DNA of 63,911 nt, counting the filler, from Stramenopiles sp. TOSAG23-6 (taxonomy: Eukaryota): the NCBI GenBank assembly GCA_900128565.1. It is 3 parts of 3 records of this genome, joined end to end, with 100 filler letters (N's around TTAATTAATTAA, not from the genome) between each part and the next. Parts side by side here need not be neighbours in the genome. Positions count along the whole stretch, not along the records: positions 1 to 24,425 come from LT636004.1; positions 24,526 to 48,920 come from LT636005.1; 1 more part is not named here. One strand, given 5' to 3'. The number at the start of each line of letters is the position of its first letter. Position 1 is the first letter of the stretch. The notes under the pieces were generated by a model, which was given only the letters and a program-made list of their open reading frames with translations, made no database searches and was not told where the DNA came from. The position numbers and the translations under genes are program-made. Positions 21,601-31,975 of the stretch are shown here, piece by piece.

Positions 21601-23609
21601 ATTACACCCTTGTAAAGCTCGAAGTTTCTTCATACTTTGAGGTAATTTATCTATATTATTATGCTGAATTTCCATTGATTTGAGTCGCGTGAGCAACCCT
21701 AATGTATCTGGTAATCGTTTAAGCTGATTGTATGAGAGTTTTAATTTTGTTAGCCCGGTACAACAACCCAAGGAATTTGGAAGACTTTCTAATTTGTTTC
21801 GTGTGAGATTTAAATCAGTTAAATTAATGCAGCCCCCAAATCCTTTACACAGAGAAACTAAATCATTTTCCAAAAGATTCAGTGTCTTTAACCCAATCAA
21901 ACCACCAAATGAATTTGGTAAGTCTACAAGTTTATTTCCTCTAAAATCTAATTCAGTCAAATCTGTCATTTTACCAAAACTTTCCGGAAGATGCTTTAAA
22001 TTGTTATCATGTAAAGTCAATCTTCGTAACGAATGGAATGAACCAAATCCATTTGGTAGATTTGATAGCCGATTTGGACTAAGTAGTAAAGTTTTCAGTG
22101 ACGTTAGATGTCCGAATGAATTTGGTAAAGATAATAATTTGTTTTGCGATAAATTTAAATATTTCATTAGATTACAATTCCCAAAGTTTTCTGGAAGATC
22201 TGAAAGCTGATTTTTTGATAAAGAAAGTTCTGTCAACAAAATACAATTACATAGTTCTATTGGAATTGATTTCATACCATTACTACTAAGATTTAGAGAT
22301 GTAAGTTTTGTCAGCATTCCAATTTCTCCTCCAAGTGTATGCAACTTATTATAGCTCAAATTACAGCTTTCTAATTGTTTCAATTTACCAAATTCTGATG
22401 ACTCTGTCAAGTCATTGTAGACTAACCTCTTTAAACCTAAATTATTTATATGTAATGACTGCAATGCTGTAAGTCTTCCTACACGCCAAGGCAATTCTTT
22501 TAGCTTATTCCCCCCAACTCGGAGGTCAGTTAACATCGTGGCAGCACCAACAGTTTCTGGTAAAAGTTTAATAAAGTTATGTGTTGTGAAAAAATATTTC
22601 AAAAACAAATTAATTTTTTGTTATTTACAAAATTTCGTACGAAAACAAAATTCAAAATTCAAAAAAAAATAAAACATACATACTCTGCATTAAATATTTC
22701 AAGATATTTAAGTTCGACAAAGAATTGACTTGGTATGACTTCAATTTCATTATTACCAAAATCAATCTCTCGGAGATATTTACATTGAACAAACTCTTCG
22801 TACATTTCTTGAATATGATTTCTTCCGAGTCGGATTGTCGTTAAGGATTCTCGTAAGCTCAAGATCTCACGAGGTACTTGTTCAATCATATTATCTGAAA
22901 AATCCAGAATTCGAAGAAATTCACAATTCTCCATTGTCATTGACATGATTCCCCATAAAGAAAGAGTTTCCATTTTTTCTAGAGTATCATTTGGAATTTC
23001 TCTTAGGAGATTTCCACTCAAATTTATGGTCTCTAAAGATGTTATTGCCCAAATGCAGCTGGGACATTCCTGTAGTCTATTATTTGCGAGAGAAAGTTCT
23101 GTAAGATTTTCCCTGTAATCCATTATTTCTTGTGGAAATTTCTTCAAGGAAATGTTTTCTATTTCAATTTTTTTTATATCTGTATAAACACCATTTGTAT
23201 CGGGTTCGGGTTCATTGTACTGTCTGCGGTATGTAGCTAACTTTTGTTGTAAAATATCAAACTTTTTCTTTCTAATTTTAAATTTTGANTCTCGCTTTGC
23301 ATAACGAAGGGCATCAATACTCTCCTCAAGAGTTAGTTCTTTTTCAATATTTGGCGTTTCGAAAGCATCGATTTCCTCGGTTTCTTGCCAAGCAATTTCG
23401 CCAACTTGTTCTTGGAATCCTTCGAAGTTATTTTCATCTTTCCATTCATCACTTTCTTTCCATTCCTTACTATTGTCGAATTCATCATTTTCTTTCCATT
23501 CCTGATTACTTTTATACTCATCGCCATCGTAATAACCACCATAACTTTCGACATATCTTTCTTCAGTGTACTCATGACTAGTTGGGTCTATCCTGGCAGT
23601 ATCTCCCAT
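18676..23609 (-). CDS. LRR + TPR + IQ + 2 PDZ multidomain protein; exons 23609-22680 and 22578-18676
   Basis: Many LxxLxLxxNxLxxLP repeats continuing across the intron (LEIFNAEY|NFIKLLPE); TPRs; GMWLVAIDG and VRPGDELIAIDG (PDZ). Confidence 0.88.
22579..22679 (-). other. non-canonical intron GT...AT (101 nt)
   Basis: TAT|GTATGTTTT...TTTCGTACGAAATTTTGT...GAAATATTTTTTCACAACACAT|AAC; removal restores the LRR register, and the nearest downstream AG is out of frame. Confidence 0.88.
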
Positions 23610-23923
23610 TTTGGTAATTAAAAATGCCCCAAGGAAAAAATAGTCTGTACTACGATTTAGATTCGTAGTACGTGTACCATTTAAAGGTACCAGTACCTAC
23701 ATGCGTTAAAATGCAAAAATCATGAAACTGCCACTTTTTCGATTTTTCAAAATGTATATTTTCGATTTTTGATTTGATTGAACCATTTCGCTTGCCCATA
23801 ATATTATTTAAGATTAACATAATGCATAAAATATAAAATAAAAATCCTATCTAATTGACCCAACAAAGTAAGTCGTCTACTTCGACCCACGCTTAATGGC
23901 CTAAAACCAGACATTTTTATACA

Positions 23924-24363
23924 ATGGGTTTATGTTCATCATCCCCAACAATAAAACAAAATTCCCGGAACGATTCTTCCGCGAATACTTCAGAAAAAGT
24001 CATCGTTCATCACAAAAAAAAATCAGTTGCTTGTGGCTTTGCACCTCATCGGCAGGTAAAAGGTTTCACTTCAAAGTTTGTAGTACATAAGACATTGGGT
24101 CGTGGTATGACTGGTAACGTAAAGTTAGTTTCTCGTGTAGGTGAACCAAGTAAAAAATTTGCCTTAAAGTCAATTTACAAGCGACTGATCAACGAAAGCG
24201 ACTTAAAAGTGTTAAAGAAAGAAATGCACATTTTATCTCGTCTTAGTCACCCAAATATTGTACACTTATATGAAACGTTTGAAGACAGTGATTGCATATA
24301 TTTTCTTCTGGAATACTGTGGCGGTGGTGATATATCACAGCGTATGCTTGAAGCTTCAAAAGA
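23924..24363 (+). CDS. CDPK/CaMK-type Ser/Thr kinase, first exon (3'-partial)
   Basis: MGLCSS acylation motif; LGRGMTGNV, FALKSI, HPNIVHLYETFED, LEYCGGGD. Confidence 0.9.
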
Positions 24364-24425
24364 GTACATTTTCATTATGAATTTCAAATTTATTTTTTTT
24401 TCGTACGAAATTTTGTACCTAACAA
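24364..24425 (+). other. 5' part of a family intron, truncated by the contig end
   Basis: GTACATTTTCATTATGAATTTCAAATTTA(T9)CGTACGAAATTTTGTACCTAAC. Confidence 0.85.
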
Positions 24426-24525
24426 NNNNNNNNNNNNNNNNNNNNNNNNNNNNNNNNNNNNNNNNNNNNTTAATTAATTAANNNNNNNNNNNNNNNNNNN
24501 NNNNNNNNNNNNNNNNNNNNNNNNN
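24426..24525. other. artificial scaffold linker (N44-TTAATTAATTAA-N44)
   Basis: A six-frame stop 12-mer embedded in Ns; identical structure at 48921-49020. Confidence 0.97.
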
Positions 24526-24756
24526 AGCCTTAATGATTCGCGCACCAGCCCGACGTTCCTCCTCTTCCGCAGCCGCCGCATCTGCCTCCCGAGCCTTCGC
24601 ATTACCACCACAAGCCCAACAACCACAACCACCACACTTCTTGCGACGACGACGACGACCAGCCGGGGTAATTCGAAAAGTTCTCGTAGTAGCTGCTTCA
24701 ATATGACATACACATGAAGATGCAAGTAACATTGTACATAGTATAAACTGAATCAT
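24526..24756 (-). CDS. 3'-partial ORF with a signal peptide and an RRRRRKKCGGCGCWAC motif (mirror copy 48690-48920)
   Basis: Hydrophobic N-terminus; the ORF runs into the gap. Confidence 0.45.
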
Positions 24757-24946
24757 TTTAATGTATGCATGGGCTTTGATCGACCTTTGATGTAGGGCCG
24801 AACCCCCGAAGTCATGCAGCCGCCTGGCCTAGTACCGGGTACCTGACGTCTTTTCGGCAGTCAAAGTGGAGCTCAATTTTTTTTTTTTTTAAGTATGTAT
24901 CTTTCGTTCCTCGATATGATAATATAATTGCCGCAAGGCATGCCTA

Positions 24947-26221
24947 ATGATGTCAAAACCTGCAAAGAAAAAGCAAAAAAAGGCCAGGAAAAAGTTTGGC
25001 AATCTAAAGAAGAAGGATAAATCAGAATTTCATGCTGATGTGAATCAATTATGTGGTAATACAAGAAAGAAGTTCAAGGGTAGCAGATGGCCTACACTTG
25101 AAGACTGGATTGCACTCGCTAAGTCGTCCAAGTGGAAGAACAATACAACATTCTGGTTAGATACTACTACAGATGAACAGGCTGGACGTCAAATTGAAAA
25201 ACATGCTCTTAAATATATTATCGGAAAGAAGCTTGTAAAAAAATCCTTTAACCGATATTTTAGGGACCGGAGAGAAAGGTTGTTAAATGGGAATGAAAAT
25301 AAACTTGATATAAAAGATGCTTTGACAATAGTATCTGTGCCTTTTTATTCATTAAAGGAATTAATCAGAAAAAAACGTATGGAGCACATTAATGGTCAGA
25401 AGCAGGGAGGTGAAGAGTTTGGATGGGGACTGATACCGTGTCCAAATTGTAAGGAAAGGTCTATACCTCGCCATCTCAACGCAACAAAATGTAGGACTCT
25501 AGGTTGTGTAGATAAAGTAGCTGCACAAAATCAGAAAAAGAAGACAAATAAAGTAAACTTAGAACTAGCTCTAAATCAAGCTCGTAGAAAGCAATGTGCA
25601 TGTGGGTGTTGGGCAATGCTGAAAACAGGTGAAACAAAGCCAAACCCTACTGATTTTGAATTTGGTTCATATGCACAACGTTGCAAACTCCACGCATCTT
25701 TGGATATCAGTGATCTTGAAATTGGTGTCAAATCTGTTGGATGTGACGGTTGTCAACGAAACTGTGATAAATGTAGGGAATGTGGGTGCTTTGATGGGAT
25801 CGGCGTGACGCGTGTTTGTTTTGCTTGCACAAAAAAAGGTGAAACTGGTCAACCAAGGTTTCCAGAAACCTTTAACACTTATAAAATATGCATTCCATGC
25901 ACTAAAAGGAAGAAAGAACGACGGCGGAAATCATATGTAAATGCAAGAGAGAATCTTCAATCCGAGAATAGAAACTCTGGTGGTTGGGCAGATCCAAGTG
26001 GTACGTTAACATTCAATATGATAGATTATTGGTACCGTGTATTACTTCATGAACACTTTAAGTTTCATTACTTTAAATATTATACTTCAAGCAATACTGT
26101 AAAGCATCAGCACATTGCTATGCTTAAAGCTAGGACCGGTTGGACAAGAACTTCTCATTCGCTTGCTTCAGTCTACAAAAGTTGGCTTAAGTCAAAAATG
26201 TATCTGAAGTGCCGTATCTGA
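24947..26221 (+). CDS. Cys-rich basic protein (multiple CxxC), accessory ORF of the element
   Basis: CPNC, CACGC, CDGC..CDKCRECGC, CFAC, CIPC; Lys-rich NLS-like N-terminus. Confidence 0.75.
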   Translation: MMSKPAKKKQKKARKKFGNLKKKDKSEFHADVNQLCGNTRKKFKGSRWPTLEDWIALAKSSKWKNNTTFWLDTTTDEQAGRQIEKHALKYIIGKKLVKKSFNRYFRDRRERLLNGNENKLDIKDALTIVSVPFYSLKELIRKKRMEHINGQKQGGEEFGWGLIPCPNCKERSIPRHLNATKCRTLGCVDKVAAQNQKKKTNKVNLELALNQARRKQCACGCWAMLKTGETKPNPTDFEFGSYAQRCKLHASLDISDLEIGVKSVGCDGCQRNCDKCRECGCFDGIGVTRVCFACTKKGETGQPRFPETFNTYKICIPCTKRKKERRRKSYVNARENLQSENRNSGGWADPSGTLTFNMIDYWYRVLLHEHFKFHYFKYYTSSNTVKHQHIAMLKARTGWTRTSHSLASVYKSWLKSKMYLKCRI

Positions 26222-26276
26222 AGGAGAAACTGCCGCCCAGTAAGTAATAATACAAAAGATTTCTTTATAGAGCATA

Positions 26277-26341
26277 AGATCCGTTGAACTTAAACGACAG
26301 TTACGAAACTTACGAAACTGTCGTTTAAGTTCAACGGATCT
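26277..26341. repeat. perfect 26-bp inverted repeat (hairpin, 13-nt loop)
   Basis: AGATCCGTTGAACTTAAACGACAGTT (26277-26302) pairs with AACTGTCGTTTAAGTTCAACGGATCT (26316-26341). Confidence 0.95.
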
Positions 26342-26356
26342 CTTGTAAAAGTGAAT

Positions 26357-26455
26357 TACATTGTAAATGTAGCAAACATTGCAAATGCAGCAAATGTAGC
26401 AAACATTGCAAACGTAGCAAATGTAGCAAACATTGCAAATGTAGCAAATGTTACA
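26357..26455. repeat. 9-bp minisatellite (AATGTAGCA / AACATTGCA units)
   Basis: About 11 units visible directly. Confidence 0.9.
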
Positions 26456-26518
26456 TAAAAATTAACAAATTGAGAAATGTAATAAAAAATATNTTTTTTT
26501 CAAATTTTTATATAAATA

Positions 26519-29500
26519 TTACTTGCTATTATACATGCAATGTCTCTTCTGTACCTTTCCAAGTTTAGAGTCCTTCTTCATTTTGGGGCACGGGTTATGC
26601 GGTAGCCCCAGTTCATCTATCCATGAGCCGTTTTCATCCAGCCATGTAAGAAGATTATGCTTCTCATTACATTTTGAACAAACCTTTGAGCAACGTTGAC
26701 ACTCATAAGTATACCATTTACCCGTACCAGTAGCAAGCTTATAGTCCCCGGAATCTTGCAACATTTGCTCCGGCCTTGTCTTTTCCCATGCTTGTATCTC
26801 GCTCAAAATTCTACTTTCTTGATGTTTCTTTGCTTCTTTCATTACATCATGTGTAGGATTTTCTGCCGCCAAGATAATAATGGGGTCAACTATACTTTGA
26901 CATTGAAATGCATTTCGAGCTGCTTCTGACTCAAGACTATCTCTAGTATTCACTTCATTACTGCACTTTGCGGTGTACTCGCCAATTGAACCCATATAGC
27001 ATAAACCATCATGGATTGTCTTTGCATTTTCAGTATTATCCAATACTATCTTTACATGTGCAGCAACGGATAGATTTGACATATTCACCTCATTTGCTTT
27101 CAGTGTTACAAATCTATTCTGATGAGATTCTTTCATTCCAACTGTTAATGCATGTGCAAACTGAAAGATAAGACATGTACTGTCACTATTACCACGACCT
27201 GTTGAATTCACTACTTTGCTACTTACAGCAGATATATACATAAATGGTATGTCATAACGCCATTCACAACCGCCACTATATCTTTTAGCTCTAATTCTGA
27301 TGCATTTGCAAGTCTTTCCATAAATAAGCTTCATTTTCACAGTATCTCCAGAGGTACGTTCGAATCTTGATGGTATTGTGCGGCCATTTATATGTTTCTT
27401 CTCTTCATAATTTCCTCCAATATCAAAACGTTGTATTTCGAATTCTTCAGTGGTAGGTGCACCTTCTTGTTGGGTAACATCTTCACCGTCATCTTCAATA
27501 TCATCATCAGATTTATCTCCATTATCTACAAATGATCCCCAATGATGTGGTGTATCAAAGACTTCACTGGTGCTAGAATCAATTTCATTTTTAATTTCAT
27601 TTTTAACTGTTTTATCATCAAGTGCTTCATCTAGCTTTCCATGGAATGCACCAGTCCTCCTCGCCATCTTTTCAAATGTCTTTAGGTGCAGGAGCTCAAG
27701 CATATTTTCCCGTTGAGTATTGTAATCTCTACTACGGCCACCGCCTCGGCATACTTCTGTTTTAACTATAGAATTACGGAAAGAGTGATGCTGCTCTACA
27801 GGTTTTTCACTAAGCATTAGCGGTGCCAATCCTGCTTCAGAAAAACATGCTTCATCAACAACCTCAACAAGATGAAATATTCCACCTCCACCTTTTGGTG
27901 TGTTCAATTCATTACCAAAAAGGTGTGCTGCAGTTCGCTGAAATGAAAGCATACATGGTCGCACCCATGGCCGGCACTTGATATACTCCTGTGTAGTAGC
28001 ACAATTAAGTATTGTTCTATATTGAGCAAATCTTGAATGCAAATGTTTCAGTCCTTTAGCTTCGTAACTATTTGGATCAAAGAAACAGAACTGGAAATTG
28101 CCATCTTCACCTTTATAAAGAGAGTTGTCATATTTTTTCACAAGCCGTAAACACTCTGGATGATTGCATTGAAATAGTTTTTCATATGGCTGTGCCATTA
28201 AATCTTGAAGTTTTCCCGAGTCAGCTCCTGTTACTTTCATTTTCCCTTTTGTACCATATTCTTGAAGCCCAAACGGCGTTTGAAGATGATAAATTATGTG
28301 GTGCTTCCAAGGATCAAGTATACCTCGTAATTTCATTAAACGGCATTCAACGGCAAGATACTTCTTTGAAAGCGTTGAAAAGTGGTGCCAGATACCACTT
28401 GAAATTCTTTTTGGATCTGTGATATTCATACCAGGTACATATAGTTTGCAGGGAAACGCAATTCCTGTGGATTGTCTCAATTCAGTCACAGCAGCAGCTC
28501 CCTTAGCTATTGCTTCTTTAGCAAGCAAATCATGTACATCACCTGTTCTTCCAATAAATGCACCGAACCGTTGCACCCCATTTGCATTTAGAAAATGGCG
28601 TAATTCTCGTGTCATTGGTCCTGAAAATGAAATATCTTGAGCACTTCCAACACTAGTAAAGCCGAATATGGCTCGAGCACCAGCACCATCAGGACCCCAG
28701 ATAATATGCTCAACAGCAATAGTATGCTTCAAACCTTCAATGTGTAGACCATTCTTCAAAATAGAAATATATTGCGTCCACCATGACTCGCCACCAGGAG
28801 GCCCATCACAAGCAGCTTGTTCAAATTCGATACGATGATCATTTCCAGTGAACAATACCATAGGTAGTAGATTCATTGTTCTGTTTTGTTCTGCTGCATC
28901 GCCAATATGAACTTTGACTGCAATGAGAGTATTGTGCATTGTTTGTCTATAGTTGCCAAGTATTGAATTATCTGAAACAACATTGGCGTCTACAAAAACA
29001 CTTAGATACAACTTGGCACCTTCAACAATATCCATAACATTGCCATCAGCATCACACTGAAATAAATGAGATGCTGTTGTTTTGGAGCGTTGCAACAGAT
29101 AATCTGAAAGCGCTGTGCTAACTTTCACCTGTGATATACTCATCCCATGGGGATACTCATTGGATGCACCAACTGACCATGTCGTCAGCTTTATATTTGG
29201 TAGTGTGTCTTTTAGTATTTGTACCAATTCAGCAGTGGTTTTTGTTATCTTTGAGATAAAGCCAGATAAAATACGTGCCATCTCAAATTTGGGATTTACT
29301 ATTCTTTCAAATTGTCTTGCACTAGATCGTGATTGCAATTGAGCCGTTACTATGGCATTTGAAAACGCAGTAACAGCTCCAGCCATTCCTAAACGACCAA
29401 GTATATTATCAACTAATGGCCCACACCTTTCCTTGAGTGAATGTGTAACTTCAGCTCCACGCTCACCTCGCATGAAGCAATCAATTACAGTCATCAAAAC

Positions 29501-30748
29501 CTGCGGAGGGATCAAGTCTTTGTCTTCTCCAAAAGTTCCAATTATTATTGGAACCATATCTGAAGTTTTAATGATTTCCTCCAATAGTTGTGTATCCTTT
29601 AGTTTATCTGGTGTTGGATAATCTACTTTATCTTTTGCCGCAATAGGTGATGCTGGCTGTATTGGGTCGCCAACTGTGGGTGATATATTCCCTCCTAATG
29701 CAGAAATAGTAGCGGCTATAATACGTGATCTACATTTAATATTGAACAATGGTCTGTCATAAGCAAGCTGGCGAATATTTTGTTGAATTGTCTCATCAAT
29801 ACAATCAAATCTTTGCAACCATTCATCACGTTCTGCATCCTTAACATATAAATTGATTGCCGTTTCAAGTGATGATCGATCATGTAAGACGATATTCAGA
29901 GTCCTTAGTATATCTTTACGACCGAAACCAAAATATCCTTCAATCATTTTTCGGTAAACTTTGAACGCAAAATCAGCACGTGGTCCCTCTAAACGACAAC
30001 CAGACTTCCAATTTGAAACCTCTGCGAGTGTATGATATCTCCTGCAAATATCAAAAGATTCTTTGAGCGCCACATTAATCGCTACCTTGCAAATTTGAGA
30101 CGGACTCCAAAGAACCTCTCTTTGTCCAGTGCTTGATTCCCAATGTTTCCTTTTATTGGAAATCTTTTTCAAACATGTGCCTGAAACCGTGCATTTGTGG
30201 CCATCTGTACACTCTACTTGATACATTCGCTCACTTTGTGGTGTAGTTGATGATATTACTTTCAGTACCCGGCACTCCTCCCAATAAACATCATTGTCTA
30301 TGTTTGTACTCATGGAATTCCGCGTCCGTAGCTCCGACTCAAAGCCACAATACACTTCGTGATCAAACTTGTTTGTCGCCTCTGTTGCAGTGCACAATAC
30401 TTTAGTTTTACACCCTGATATTATATAATTGTCTATGATATCTGTAACGGTCCGTTTCATTGAATCTTTCCGCACTTTTACGTCCTTAAGCTCTGGGGTA
30501 GTCTTGAACCACTTCAATACATCCGCTGTAACCGCATCTATCCAAATATCTCGTCCAAAACGAATACTACTACTTTTAGATTTGAATTCAAACGATCTAA
30601 GTATTCTTGTTGTTAAATTTCGAGCCATTCTTGGTTGCTTCACATTTTGATGGATCCTATTCGACGAAAACGGCCTCTGCCGTTGAAGTCTATCATCGTG
30701 GTGCGACAACGTTAATTCTGACACTTCCGAGTCCTTACTTTCAGACAT
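26519..30748 (-). CDS. putative RAG1/Transib/Chapaev-like DDE transposase, ~1410 aa
   Basis: Ordered motifs LSVFVD(594), LPMVLFTGND, WGPD(694)GAGARAIFG, GIWH(795)H, IFH(966), LSEKPVE(992)QHH; N-terminal Tudor-like segment; C-terminal Cys/His cluster. Residue numbers follow the 1416-aa ORF. Confidence 0.65.
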   Translation of the reverse strand: MSESKDSEVSELTLSHHDDRLQRQRPFSSNRIHQNVKQPRMARNLTTRILRSFEFKSKSSSIRFGRDIWIDAVTADVLKWFKTTPELKDVKVRKDSMKRTVTDIIDNYIISGCKTKVLCTATEATNKFDHEVYCGFESELRTRNSMSTNIDNDVYWEECRVLKVISSTTPQSERMYQVECTDGHKCTVSGTCLKKISNKRKHWESSTGQREVLWSPSQICKVAINVALKESFDICRRYHTLAEVSNWKSGCRLEGPRADFAFKVYRKMIEGYFGFGRKDILRTLNIVLHDRSSLETAINLYVKDAERDEWLQRFDCIDETIQQNIRQLAYDRPLFNIKCRSRIIAATISALGGNISPTVGDPIQPASPIAAKDKVDYPTPDKLKDTQLLEEIIKTSDMVPIIIGTFGEDKDLIPPQVLMTVIDCFMRGERGAEVTHSLKERCGPLVDNILGRLGMAGAVTAFSNAIVTAQLQSRSSARQFERIVNPKFEMARILSGFISKITKTTAELVQILKDTLPNIKLTTWSVGASNEYPHGMSISQVKVSTALSDYLLQRSKTTASHLFQCDADGNVMDIVEGAKLYLSVFVDANVVSDNSILGNYRQTMHNTLIAVKVHIGDAAEQNRTMNLLPMVLFTGNDHRIEFEQAACDGPPGGESWWTQYISILKNGLHIEGLKHTIAVEHIIWGPDGAGARAIFGFTSVGSAQDISFSGPMTRELRHFLNANGVQRFGAFIGRTGDVHDLLAKEAIAKGAAAVTELRQSTGIAFPCKLYVPGMNITDPKRISSGIWHHFSTLSKKYLAVECRLMKLRGILDPWKHHIIYHLQTPFGLQEYGTKGKMKVTGADSGKLQDLMAQPYEKLFQCNHPECLRLVKKYDNSLYKGEDGNFQFCFFDPNSYEAKGLKHLHSRFAQYRTILNCATTQEYIKCRPWVRPCMLSFQRTAAHLFGNELNTPKGGGGIFHLVEVVDEACFSEAGLAPLMLSEKPVEQHHSFRNSIVKTEVCRGGGRSRDYNTQRENMLELLHLKTFEKMARRTGAFHGKLDEALDDKTVKNEIKNEIDSSTSEVFDTPHHWGSFVDNGDKSDDDIEDDGEDVTQQEGAPTTEEFEIQRFDIGGNYEEKKHINGRTIPSRFERTSGDTVKMKLIYGKTCKCIRIRAKRYSGGCEWRYDIPFMYISAVSSKVVNSTGRGNSDSTCLIFQFAHALTVGMKESHQNRFVTLKANEVNMSNLSVAAHVKIVLDNTENAKTIHDGLCYMGSIGEYTAKCSNEVNTRDSLESEAARNAFQCQSIVDPIIILAAENPTHDVMKEAKKHQESRILSEIQAWEKTRPEQMLQDSGDYKLATGTGKWYTYECQRCSKVCSKCNEKHNLLTWLDENGSWIDELGLPHNPCPKMKKDSKLGKVQKRHCMYNSK

Positions 30749-31205
30749 TTTCCGCCAATGTTTACACACTTAACCACTCTCAGATAGTCAATTACTTACT
30801 GAATGATTTTAATTGTTTATTTTTAGTTTATCCCTTTCATCTATTCTTCATGAACAGGCAGAGACAAACCGGTAGGGTGTATGAATATGTTTTCGTAGTA
30901 GTAGGCCAAAAAAACTTTAATTTGCTACTCCACATAGGATGCCGATTTGGCCGTATACGGGCCAGGCGGCTGCATGACTTCTATAGTATACGGTATAATT
31001 TTTTTTTTTTTTACACTTTCACTGACTTGTTTCTACTGTTAAATTAATAAATTTCATGGCGGGCAATAAAATCTTTGTGAAAATTGTGAAGCGTCTGTCA
31101 TTGTCAATTCAGCCGTTCATCAATTTTAAATAAAAATTCATAGTTAAATGGTACAAATGGCACGTACCTGTTGTAAATGAAAAATAACTGGCCAAAATTA
31201 AATGC

Positions 31206-31782
31206 TTAATACTACATTAAAAACTCAAGACACAACAACCTAAAGAAGTAGCATTAAACTACATCATATAACAATACAAATACACACCCTTAGGCTTATA
31301 AACTACATTATACAATGTACTTTATTCTTAAATGAAAAAATTGTTGAAAAATATTTGTTACTTAATTGGTACGGAGTGGCACAAACCTGAAAAAAAAAGC
31401 GATCTTTTGTCCTTACCTATTCCTTTACGGAAAAGACTTTAGTCGTTCCAACCCGTTACCGGGTTCGAATAAACCTGGTGTGTACTCACACAATATATAT
31501 TACCGGCTCATATTTAAAAAGTTAATACTACATTAACAACTCAAAACACAACAACCTAAAGAAGTAGCATTAAACTACATCATATAACAATACAAATACA
31601 CACCCTTAGGCTTATAAACTACATTATACAATGTACTTTATTCTTAAATGAAAAAATTGTTGAAAAATATTTGTTACTTAATTGGTACGGAGTGGCACAA
31701 ACCTGAAAAAAAAAGCGATCTTTTGTCCTTACCTATTCCTTTACGGAAAAGACTTTAGTCGTTCCAACCCGTTACCGGGTTC
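31206..31782. repeat. pair of 261-bp near-identical direct repeats (31206-31466 and 31522-31782) with a 55-bp spacer
   Basis: Both copies run from TTAATACTACATTAA to AACCCGTTACCGGGTTC; two substitutions seen near the 5' end. Confidence 0.92.
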
Positions 31783-31975
31783 CAACCCCACAGAAATATC
31801 TTTTTGTTTAAGATTTTGTACCAAGGTTTTGTACCAAAATTTATAAAATTTCAGGGCCTTCCTTGTCACGACGTCGACGGCGGCACAGACGGTTACTGTA
31901 GCTAATGTTTACAAAGTGGTACAAACAGTAATATCTATATTTTCATATACTTTAGAAGCTTACCAACAGATAAAA

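Larger units (their letters stand above)
24808..30981. mobile_element. putative two-ORF DNA transposon with 22-bp terminal inverted repeats
   Basis: GAAGTCATGCAGCCGCCTGGCC at 24808-24829 and its exact reverse complement at 30960-30981 enclose a DDE-like ORF and a Cys-rich ORF; no TSD seen. Confidence 0.75.

Noticed and set aside
22579-22681. Interpreting the introns as ordinary U12 AT-AC introns
   Set aside because: No ATATCCTT 5' site or TCCTTAAC branch site; in that register the 5' dinucleotide varies (AT, GT, TT, GA).
24470-24481. TTAATTAATTAA palindrome between N runs (also 48965-48976)
   Set aside because: Artificial six-frame stop linker; gene adjacency across it is meaningless.
26357-26455. 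CRISPR-like array (also the 2320-2927 repeat)
   Set aside because: No unique spacers, no cas genes, and a eukaryotic context.
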